Shown piece by piece: positions 9,448 through 18,829 of a stretch of 64,000 bases of DNA. A program made the translations under genes and the position numbers. The DNA is taken from NCBI RefSeq assembly GCF_964355755.1, contig NC_092678.1, forward strand, positions 14,162,371 through 14,226,370, in the 5' to 3' direction. The notes under the pieces were generated by a model. It worked only from the letters and a program-made list of their open reading frames with translations. It did not search any database and was not told the DNA's origin. Every line of letters begins with the position of its first letter. Position 1 is the first letter of the stretch. Origin of the DNA: Antedon mediterranea. Its lineage: Eukaryota; Animalia; Echinodermata.

Positions 9448-10692
9448 TTAAGAGAGAATGGCTTTCTGACGTTTATCTATTTTACCTCGACAAATCGGAC
9501 ACAAAAGCAAACTGTTTGAACACGACCAGCAGGCGACCAAATGCGAACATGGAATGAAAAGAACACAAACGTCAGCGTCCATGCATATCTTACATGTTTT
9601 TTTTTCGCGTAAATCGCGCACAACAGATTGCAAATCTTCTTCTTCCTCCACTTCTTCCTCTTCTACCACTGTTGGTTTATCGTTCACTGGAATCGTGACA
9701 GCGTTCAGAAGCTCAAGGGTAGACGTAAAGTTTCCACCGGTTCTCTTCACGTGATCGTTTACAGTAGTCGATACATGTTGCATGTCAAAACCCATTTCTA
9801 AAACTTTCACAACGATTTCAGAGCGCATTGCAATATCAAACGGACTTTTTGACGAAATAAGAGCCGTCTCGATGAAAGAAAAACCTTTTTCGATTCTCAA
9901 CCAATTGCAGAACGGAAACCACTTTGCATGCTCGATCCAAGGATTATCGTCTAATTGCCAGTCTTTCAGTCCACCGCCGCAATGGAAACACATTGCCTGG
10001 TCCCGATTGATTGCAAAGAATCCGGCCTCGGCTATTCCGTTCGGCGTATGATCGGTAGCCCATACTGTAGTAAACGTCATTTTTCGAACATTCAAAAGAG
10101 CGTATTGTGGATGCATTGCCCGTTGCCTATTGGTGGTGGTGGTGGTGGTGGTGGTGGTGGGGGTCGCCACGGTGGCCACGGTGGATAACATGAACTTACA
10201 CAACGGAAAATGTTTTCTATGCTCTTCGTCGACATTCACTCCTCTTTTCCATCGCTCAAGTAAACCGTTGCAAGAGAAGCATTCGACTACGTCACAGCAT
10301 GACCTGTAATAAAATCCAGACTTTGCTAAAGTGCACGCCGATACGATGTGTCCAAATGGCCAGTTTTTAAAAGTCGACAATCTGACCATATGCGAGTTTG
10401 AGTCGACCAAATGTGTTTTACTGCCAATTAAAGGACTGCTGTTACCACATGACATCAGTTTGCACAACGGGAAGTGTTTCTTGTGCTCTGTATCGGCATC
10501 TGCTCCGGCGTTCCATCTCGAAAGTTTACCGTGACAACGGTAACATTCTACCCGGTCGTCTTGCCCCGTATAAAAGAAGCCCGACATTGCTAACGATGTA
10601 GGCGATATCACGTGTCCCGCAATCCAAAACTCATACGTGGCCAATCGTCTTTCATAACATTCCATCGCGCCTGTATGCACTATTTTATTCAT
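9448..10692 (-). CDS. Inhibitor of apoptosis (3 BIR + UBA + RING), intronless
   Basis: Three BIR repeats (RLATY/RLSTF/RKMTF ... CxxC ... H ... C), VLEMGFD UBA, C-terminal CKICMD..PCSHLVAC..C..CPICR; likely ATG at 10692 (MNKIV). Confidence 0.96.
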   Translation of the reverse strand: MNKIVHTGAMECYERRLATYEFWIAGHVISPTSLAMSGFFYTGQDDRVECYRCHGKLSRWNAGADADTEHKKHFPLCKLMSCGNSSPLIGSKTHLVDSNSHMVRLSTFKNWPFGHIVSACTLAKSGFYYRSCCDVVECFSCNGLLERWKRGVNVDEEHRKHFPLCKFMLSTVATVATPTTTTTTTTTNRQRAMHPQYALLNVRKMTFTTVWATDHTPNGIAEAGFFAINRDQAMCFHCGGGLKDWQLDDNPWIEHAKWFPFCNWLRIEKGFSFIETALISSKSPFDIAMRSEIVVKVLEMGFDMQHVSTTVNDHVKRTGGNFTSTLELLNAVTIPVNDKPTVVEEEEVEEEEDLQSVVRDLREKKTCKICMDADVCVLFIPCSHLVACWSCSNSLLLCPICRGKIDKRQKAILS

Positions 10693-10789
10693 TTCTGTCT
10701 GTGTGCGCGAGCGGGTGTGTGTGTGTGTGTGTGTGTGGCCCGAAGAGTATATATTATAGCAATTTGTAAATTCAGATTCACCACACACG
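10693..10789. promoter_or_regulatory. Putative compact bidirectional promoter
   Basis: 97 bp between divergent ATGs, with central TATATATTATA and a (GT)n tract. Confidence 0.45.
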
Positions 10790-11152
10790 ATGGAGGATTC
10801 GATCGCAAAAGAAATGAACACTGTTGTGGAAAATCTGAAATCGATATATTTTAAACAATTCTCTGATATTTTGAATACGATGATTAGAAACGGATGCAAC
10901 GGATGTATTCACGAGCATCCTTCTCAGATCGAACATGATCTATGTTTGATGGCTCCGGATAGAGAGAATATAGAACGTTTCTTTGACAACATTGTTATCG
11001 ATAAAGAGGTACTGTTCATAGAATGGTGTCATCAAAATGCTGATTTTCTGGAAAGTTGCTCTAATGTCAACGCCTGGTTCGAAGTTCTATTGTCGGAAAT
11101 AAAAGATAACAACAATTTAATCGATCAAATATACCGTTATAGATTAATTTAA
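10790..11152 (+). CDS. Small protein with CxGCxxxHPSQxxHxxC putative Zn-binding motif
   Basis: 120-aa ATG ORF containing GCNGCIHEHPSQIEHDLCL. Confidence 0.7.
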   Translation: MEDSIAKEMNTVVENLKSIYFKQFSDILNTMIRNGCNGCIHEHPSQIEHDLCLMAPDRENIERFFDNIVIDKEVLFIEWCHQNADFLESCSNVNAWFEVLLSEIKDNNNLIDQIYRYRLI

Positions 11153-11284
11153 TTTCTCTTGCGCCGGTATTTTCTTCGGTAGATTTGATATGAATTTTTA
11201 CTCGACATACAACTTGTAATATAGAAACAACTGAATGTAATCTCCTTCATTCATAAGCAAGTCAAACACGAGTGTAGGTGCAGA

Positions 11285-12697
11285 ATGATTTCATCCAATG
11301 ATCTGGTGAAAACGACCGCAGAGAAGGTTATGCCTAAGTCAGATGATTTGTTACAGGACGAAAACGCTTCGTTGAAGAAAAGTGTAAAATGTATACACCT
11401 TCTAGAACAGTTGTTGAAAGACCGTGATAAATCGTTGAACCACTTAGAGAAGACGGTAAAAAACTATAAATTATGTATTGAACATCTACAATGGCGCTTA
11501 CACAAACACAACTTGGACTCATCAGTTGATTTGAAAGAACATGAAATATTCGAGCCTGGTCACGATAAACCGATTTTAATAAGCTTGTTGAATGACGCTA
11601 TACGATATAAAAGATTGCTTGACGAGAAGTTTAGCTCCGAAGAGGTAAGACGAAACTAAGTGTGAGAATATTTGTCATGAATTCGTTAAAATTATCATAG
11701 TGGTGTGAGTGTGTGATTTATTATTATTTTTTTTTAATGTTCAGGTTGCCGAAGCAAAAGAAACCATTTCTGTTCTTGAGAAAAAAGTTAGTAAGCTGTG
11801 TGTACAGTTGAAACGGAAAGAGAACGAACTCATTGTTGTTTTAACTAAAATGAGATCCTCAGACGACGAGAAAGATGTAGTAATTAGTAAGTTAAAATGT
11901 CAGCTACGAGATTATTTTTCACAGCGTAACAATGATGACGCTGTTCGTGACACGTTGAGCTCCGAAATAAGAACATTAAAATCAAATACTGAACAGTTTG
12001 TTGAAGAGAAAAAGAAGATAACAAATGAACTAAAAGCATATGCGCAAAGAGAGAAGGTATGGGTACAGGAAAGAAATATGTGTTTTGCTCACGCTAGAAT
12101 TTTACATTCAGAATCAAAGTTCGAAGATGAATGTAAAACGTTGCAAGAACAGGTTCGAAATTTAAGTCGTGAAAATACAGATTTATGTAGGCAATTAAAA
12201 GAGATAATTGTTATGAACACTCGCTGGCAAAAGTACTCTGAACAAAGAGAAGCACACGTTGTGCAGTTGAAACAACAATTGAAAGTATCTGAAAACAAAG
12301 TTTTCAAGAATCATTGCCTTATTTCTGAACTTGAGCGGATGGAAAAAGAGAAACGAAAAAAAGAAATCGATACTGCTGTTCTTAGTTTGGCAACAGATTT
12401 GGGAAAGACATGCGAATTGAATTGACTAAACACAATAACAGACTTGATGAAATAATTGGTCAATATCAAGAGACGTATGCGTCACTTCAACAATCTTACT
12501 TACCTTCTTCTAATACTCCCGATATTCTTGAATTAGTTTGTGATGATGATGATTATGCAGCTGTAGAAGACGGTAATTTGGATGAATTATTACAATGTCC
12601 TCGTTTTCTGAAAGAGTTTAATATCATAGAACATGTTCAGTTAGTTGATCATTTAGATACATGTGATGTTGATGAATACAATAATTCTATCTTATAA
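11285..12697 (+). pseudogene. TNIP2(ABIN-2)/CEP55-like coiled-coil gene with one intron (11645-11744) and a frameshift near 12300-12420
   Basis: GT-AG phase-0 intron joins SSEE|VAEAK; EABR-like MNTRWQKYSEQREAHV; C-terminal NEMO-type finger remnant LQCPRF..F..EH..L..H...C in a different frame. Confidence 0.7.
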
Positions 12698-12849
12698 AAT
12701 CTGTGCTGTTTTTTGTTTTTGTTTTTGTTTTTTTGTTTCTTGCTAACAATCATTAATCAATAATAAAAGAAATTAACAGAATCTATAGTACGATCTATTC
12801 GATAACAATAAAGTGCATTTGGTAATCTAGACGGGTATATATGCTTTTA

Positions 12850-13530
12850 ATATAAATGATGGCGTGTTTTTCTCTAACACGATGTTCTCAATAAAGGAAT
12901 AATAAATTGATAATAACGTGTGTATTTTGTAAACTAAACAGTATACAGAATTAAAAGTGTATTCGAAGTTATACTAAACGTAGAAGACGGCGTGTTTGTT
13001 CTCGATAAAGGGATACTGAATTAAACGGCGTATAGTACTAATATTGTAGTCCTGATAACGAAGAAAATAAGTATTGCGCCCTCTATTGACAGATAATATG
13101 ACTATTATTATTATATCGTGACAGACAATATACTGTTTTTTTTAAACGGGTATAATATTCTTTTATTATAGAAGACGGCGTGATGTTCTGTAACGCGATG
13201 TTGTCGATAAAGGGATAATGAATTGATAAAGGGATAATGAATTGATAATATTGAGTGAGAAGTATAAGGAAAGATCTAGAAGATTATAAACATATTTTGT
13301 ATAACAGGATGTATGTTCTCTCTTGTGTGTGTAAACTGAATGCTTAAACATTGATGCACACTGTCATTGAGGTCGAAGTAATCAAAGGCTGTTTTCTAAT
13401 TGTTGATAATCTATTGAATTCGAAAGTAATCTATTGAATTCGGAAGTGATTTGTTGAAATCGGGTCATATCTTAATTGCCTTGAAAGAAATATAAAGCAA
13501 GTTACATATTTTTGGAAAGCTTAGAGAGTA
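12850..13530. repeat. AT-rich non-coding module, diverged copy of sequences at 18.9-19.5 kb and 20.36-21.2 kb
   Basis: Shared blocks, e.g. GATAAAGGGATAATGAATTGATAAAGGGATAATG and TTCTAATTGTTGATAATCTATTGAATTCG. Confidence 0.85.
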
Positions 13531-14404
13531 TAAACGTGTACTGCCCTTGGTGAAGAAAGTCTTGAAGATGAGTTTTTCATAAATTTTTAATGTCCCAATG
13601 TATTATGTACATCGAACGAATACCCATTGAAAAGTTAAACAATCAAATGCTTTGACTTCTTACCGAAGTAAAAAAAAAGATTTTAATTGATTTACTCATC
13701 ATTATACAACATGCGACGAATGCACGACATGTTATGCCTCTTCAGTTCTCTCTTTGTTGTAAACTGAATGTTTAAATATTGACGCGCGCTGTCATTGGCG
13801 TCGAAGTAAGGCTTTTATTTTTCTAAAACATTATCGACCGAACGCTATGCGTACTATCACATGTTGAATGCTTTAACAAATAAATGGGCACTGTCCTTGA
13901 GAGGGAGGTCTTGAATATGAGTTTTTCATAACACAAAGTTTATTCGAGTTTATAGTAACGGACTTTCTATTTAGAAACAAATGAGAGAAGATTTGTTAAT
14001 TGCGTAATACTTTTATTGATTTTTACTTTACCTATATAAAATACAATGTAAACAAAACTAATGCCCATGATTCAGTGACAACAAAGTATTGCACCCTATA
14101 TCTATAATTATAAAATCCAATTCAATTCACGTTTTATTTCAGAACAAAGTCCACATCATAACACATAACAATATTCAATAAATTAATGTAAGTAAGCAAA
14201 ATAATATATAAAACAAGTCGCACATAAAAAAAAATGCCGTCGGAAAACCGTCGGTTTTAAATTAGGAGTGAAAAAACATTTTAATGGCTATACTGTTACG
14301 TAAAAAGTATACATAAAATTATGTATACAGAAGTTCAATCCATTTTCTGTGCAATTACTACTACTACTACTACTACTAATTTATTTTAAAAAAATAAAAA
14401 CAAA

Positions 14405-16045
14405 TCATCTACATGGTCGTTTCGCAGATGAAACTTCTTCTTCATCATCGGCCACCACCACCGTATTGTATTCGGATCTGGATTTTTCGACGCTTACTAT
14501 GAGCGGTACGTCGTCGTTGACTTTCACATACATTCGGCGTATTCCATCGTGTAATTTTAATTTAGCGTTGGTGCCGAATGAATTCGACAAATGTTTAATG
14601 TCCTCGTCGCTGAACACGCAGAATTCTACTGTAGTTGCAATATATTGACTCAGTCTGAGAGCCGACATGAGAAACGACATGATCAGTTTCCGATCGTTTG
14701 ACATGATGTGCATATGTTCCACCACCACAACGTTTCGATTCGGGCTTTCGTTGCCAAATTTGATGTCTCCAATCGAAATGTCATGTTCGTGTACTAGATA
14801 CACCAATCTATCTTCAACGCGTTTCAACGAAAACTGTTTACCGCCAAACAATACAGTTGAGTCGTGTTGTTTCGAAGCCGCCTTTTCTAGTTTCGATACA
14901 CATCGACGTTCCGGTACAGGGTTCAAACATTCTTTTAAAGCGTCCGTAAACTCGACTCCCAAGAACGGACTGAATCTATCGATGTATGAATTGTATTTCT
15001 TGCTGCTGGAACAATGCGACAGTGAAAATGCGTCGGTCAGTGATCTATCCGGATTCACGTGCGTGTACCAAAACTGGAGATCACGTTCGTTCATCGGACC
15101 ACGTAGTTCTACCGAATGTCTACACACCTTAATCAAATTGTTGTACGCAAATTTGTCCTTTTTTAAATCGCAATAGTCGCTTTGCGTCTCAAACTTATTC
15201 CGATTGTTGTCATCATAAAACATTAAAGCCACACTCATCGAGGCGCTGTAAACGTCGGAATTTCGACGCAACATCTTCACTCGTCTGTCTGACATCACAT
15301 GACTTATGTCCCTGAAAGGTATCCTTGTCAGTTTCTCCTCACTCCTGACGCACGAATAGTTTGGTTCGGTGTCGGAAAAGCGTAGTCGACTTCCCGGTGG
15401 CAAGTACTTTGACGCCATGGAACCGGTTCGAACGATACCCAAACATCGATGGCCATGTCTCTCTTTCACAGAAACGCCAAACGTGCTTGCACCGGGCTTT
15501 GTAAACTCGGCAGAACCAAAGTCTATTATACGAAATCGATTATCTAATCGACTATACGCCACGTTCTCGATTGTTATGTCGTTGTGAACCACACCTGCGT
15601 TTTCGAGAAACGTCAACGCTTTGCAAACATGTAACGAAAGCGTTTTCACGCAAGGCAGAAGCTTGTAACAATAGCGTAGCCTGTACAGATTACATCCTTC
15701 GTTTCTCATTGTGATTGATATTGCGATGTTACGCCGATAAGAAACTTCGAGCAGACGAGGCGTACACATTCGAGCCGCGTCCGTTTGTTTTAAGTGTGCA
15801 AGAACCAAAACTTCCTTGTTTCCCGACAAGTTCACGTCTTCATGCTCGAGCGTAGACGTGTGACTGGCCGTGAAATCATACAATGTCTTTATCACAACGT
15901 GCACGTTTTCTATAGCTGTCTTCACTTTGCCATGTTTCCCACTTTCTTGAATTCGAATAGCGCCGTACTTGCCGTTTACAGCCGGTAAACTTTCATACTT
16001 TCTCGTTGTTATTTGCGTCTTGTACAGGGGTAGAAATTCAGCCAT
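14405..16045 (-). CDS. Divergent Ser/Thr protein kinase 2 (paralogue of kinase 1)
   Basis: SGKHGKV, VVIK, HNDITIENV, IDFG, RDISHVM.DR.VK, SDVYSAS; ATG at 16045 (MAEFLP). Confidence 0.9.
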   Translation of the reverse strand: MAEFLPLYKTQITTRKYESLPAVNGKYGAIRIQESGKHGKVKTAIENVHVVIKTLYDFTASHTSTLEHEDVNLSGNKEVLVLAHLKQTDAARMCTPRLLEVSYRRNIAISITMRNEGCNLYRLRYCYKLLPCVKTLSLHVCKALTFLENAGVVHNDITIENVAYSRLDNRFRIIDFGSAEFTKPGASTFGVSVKERHGHRCLGIVRTGSMASKYLPPGSRLRFSDTEPNYSCVRSEEKLTRIPFRDISHVMSDRRVKMLRRNSDVYSASMSVALMFYDDNNRNKFETQSDYCDLKKDKFAYNNLIKVCRHSVELRGPMNERDLQFWYTHVNPDRSLTDAFSLSHCSSSKKYNSYIDRFSPFLGVEFTDALKECLNPVPERRCVSKLEKAASKQHDSTVLFGGKQFSLKRVEDRLVYLVHEHDISIGDIKFGNESPNRNVVVVEHMHIMSNDRKLIMSFLMSALRLSQYIATTVEFCVFSDEDIKHLSNSFGTNAKLKLHDGIRRMYVKVNDDVPLIVSVEKSRSEYNTVVVADDEEEVSSAKRPCR

Positions 16046-16057
16046 AGCAGCAGCACA

Positions 16058-18526
16058 ATGTCGGCGATTTACAGATGGCAAGACACAAATTCAAAGAACT
16101 TGTACGCGGCACTGATCGTTGAACGTAAATGGATAATACTGGAACGTTTCTCCCCTAGTGATGAATGGAGTCCACCGTTGCCTACACTCGACGTTACACC
16201 GGACACAATGGAAATCGAAATGATAACAAAGCAAAGCTGGAACGGTGTTGTGTTCGGAGACTATAATCCGCATCCGTTGCGTGATCGAGGAGTCGCAATG
16301 AGACCGACGCTAAATTTAGCTTCGAATCTGTCGATGGCGCAGATATCCCAATGGCCAACGCGTGTCGGTAAGTTCACCGATACCGATATGACGTACGAGA
16401 AGAGAACCGATGTTCTTGTGATTAACGGCTGTAGGGTAAACAGATCATATCCGACAATTTCGAGAATCATCAATCATCATCTTCACCACCACCGTCCCAA
16501 TGTGAAAACTAAAAACAAACGTCGACTCATCACGCATATTACACCACCACCACCATCACCACCACCACCATCATCATCATCAGAAGAAGACTTTATGCAC
16601 ACGCCTCGAATGTTGAAGCTGTTCACGTCGATGACAAGCGATCCGAACGTAGCTCTATTGGCACTCTCATTTGAGCTGTTCATCGCGTCTACCAAAAATG
16701 TGCACGCGCTACGACGGCTGCTCTCGAACATATGCGAGAGAACATCGGCATCAGATCACATACTGACGCAATCGAAACAGTTTTGGTTTCATATGCGATC
16801 GCATGGAATCAATCAACACAACTGGCATTCAAAATCTCCATCGAATGTCGTTGCAAAGGCGAGAGAGTATCATCGTCCGGCAGTACAAGACGAATTGATT
16901 CTGGCCAGCGTTCTGTTGTGGGAAACGGCCACGTTTGCGCGTGGTAGACGTACCCCGTTCACTTTTGAAGCAGTAAAGATGCAGTGTTATTTGAACGAAG
17001 CGCGTGTTGCTGCTGCTGCTGCTGTTGAAGAAGAAGAAATCCTACGCAGAGCGTTGAATGAAGTCGCCAAGAAAAGAGAGCGCACGACGTTCGCGTTAGA
17101 AGCTGAGAAGATGGGTCTAGAGAACTACGCAGTTATGAACGGTGTCTACATCGATCTTGAAACAGTTTTGTTCAATCTTCCAAAATTACGCGCTACTCTT
17201 TACAAAGAAATCGGAAAAAGATTGTTACTGTTTGAGGATTTTGAAACGACGATTCAATGTCTGTGCCTGGACGTGCTTCGACAAGCTTCTTCCTTCTTGA
17301 GCAGTTTCGAACTCATCAAATCCATCGCTCCTTTGTATCCGAAAAAACGCAGACGAATCACACAGAAACGCATCGAAGGAATCGACAGGTTTCTTACGAA
17401 TTTTGAGCGACGCGTTGACGGCAAACGAAGAAAACGTTTTGTCAAGTACCTGCAAACTTGGATTCCGAAATTTCCTGTTCCGGAACACGACGGTTACGCC
17501 TCCTTACAACAAAGATGCGATCAAAACGAGGCGCTTCGACTGTTTGCAATTGCCTATCCGGCCATAACATTCTCGTTCGCCGTTCCCGAAGTAAAAAACG
17601 ACGCCCAGCTTATGTTTGCTCTCGCCAACTGCACATCACACCTGGGTAGACTGATGTGGTTTGACTTTGATCCGGTGACGGTACGCATCAGATCATCCGT
17701 GATCGGTCTCACGCCCCTACAAGAACAACGCCTCGAAATGGCTTCTCTTCAACCAGCGTATGACGCGTACGAAGAGTCTATCCGCGTCACTCAGCACATT
17801 AGACACAGTATACCTTTCATGCACGCATCGATATTCGAAGGCGTTCAAGCCAACGTGGTTTGCCGACAGAACGAACGCTACGTAACTCGTCTCTCGGCCT
17901 ATCCTCTTATCTTGGCCTCGTATGACGTTATAGACGCGAATAAAGGTAATCGGCAACCTCCACAACCCAAACACGGAGAATGTACATCCTATTACCAGAA
18001 CGTTGTCACTGTCGACAATGCTGGAGTGGTTAAATGGAATCATACATCGCCATGTTTTGCGCGATTCATTCAATGTGCAAACGTTTTGCTTTTATGTCAT
18101 AAGAAATCAGACTTTGTTCGTGGCCCTATTCATTCCCCTGAAGATAGCGTTCACGTACTTTGTCAACTTGCACTCGATCACAAGGACGACGATAACGATG
18201 ACGGAGAACTTGCGTCACCGAGATCGTTTCCTTGTCATCTACCTCGACCGTTTGATGACAATATAGTATTGATAAACGATGACAGTGGTGGTGATGGCGA
18301 GGAGAAAATACGGTTCTGTATCGTCAGCCCGGACGATATGAGGCCTTTTTCCCCAAAAGATTTCATCGAAAGTATCATTGCCGATCCCCATCGGACGCCC
18401 GTTATACAGAAAAAGATGGTGTTTTACTTGAGGGCCGATCTTACCAATGAATACACAGAAAATCACTTTCTCTCCGACAAGGACAGAAGTGTTCTTGTAG
18501 CCGGTTCAATCATAAGACGTCGGTGA
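16058..18526 (+). CDS. Large hypothetical viral protein (822 aa)
   Basis: Long intronless ATG ORF with viral-like composition; no motif recognised. Confidence 0.8.
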   Translation: MSAIYRWQDTNSKNLYAALIVERKWIILERFSPSDEWSPPLPTLDVTPDTMEIEMITKQSWNGVVFGDYNPHPLRDRGVAMRPTLNLASNLSMAQISQWPTRVGKFTDTDMTYEKRTDVLVINGCRVNRSYPTISRIINHHLHHHRPNVKTKNKRRLITHITPPPPSPPPPSSSSEEDFMHTPRMLKLFTSMTSDPNVALLALSFELFIASTKNVHALRRLLSNICERTSASDHILTQSKQFWFHMRSHGINQHNWHSKSPSNVVAKAREYHRPAVQDELILASVLLWETATFARGRRTPFTFEAVKMQCYLNEARVAAAAAVEEEEILRRALNEVAKKRERTTFALEAEKMGLENYAVMNGVYIDLETVLFNLPKLRATLYKEIGKRLLLFEDFETTIQCLCLDVLRQASSFLSSFELIKSIAPLYPKKRRRITQKRIEGIDRFLTNFERRVDGKRRKRFVKYLQTWIPKFPVPEHDGYASLQQRCDQNEALRLFAIAYPAITFSFAVPEVKNDAQLMFALANCTSHLGRLMWFDFDPVTVRIRSSVIGLTPLQEQRLEMASLQPAYDAYEESIRVTQHIRHSIPFMHASIFEGVQANVVCRQNERYVTRLSAYPLILASYDVIDANKGNRQPPQPKHGECTSYYQNVVTVDNAGVVKWNHTSPCFARFIQCANVLLLCHKKSDFVRGPIHSPEDSVHVLCQLALDHKDDDNDDGELASPRSFPCHLPRPFDDNIVLINDDSGGDGEEKIRFCIVSPDDMRPFSPKDFIESIIADPHRTPVIQKKMVFYLRADLTNEYTENHFLSDKDRSVLVAGSIIRRR

Positions 18527-18829
18527 ATGAACACACACGCACACAATTCAAAACTCGGTGTTCAATTTAGTTATTATTAAGCATTGGCAATTTGGAACAG
18601 GACAGTGTAGAAATTGAAACATCATCATCCATTTAAGTTTAGTACTTTTTTTACGTATGGTGTTTGTTAGCACGCGATTAATAGCGCCTACAATTTTCGG
18701 TGAAGATATATACTTATTGTCAAACCTGCTAATGATAAAATAATTTTCATAAAGCCCGGCGAGCAGTCTTGTCCAAAAAAAAAAAAAAGAGAGCAAAAGG
18801 GTTTAATTTGTGATTGTGAGATTAATATT

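Noticed and set aside
10693-10899. N-terminal 69 aa of the listed IAP ORF
   Set aside because: Overlaps the divergent gene and reads through a (GT)n promoter tract; ATG at 10692 is more plausible
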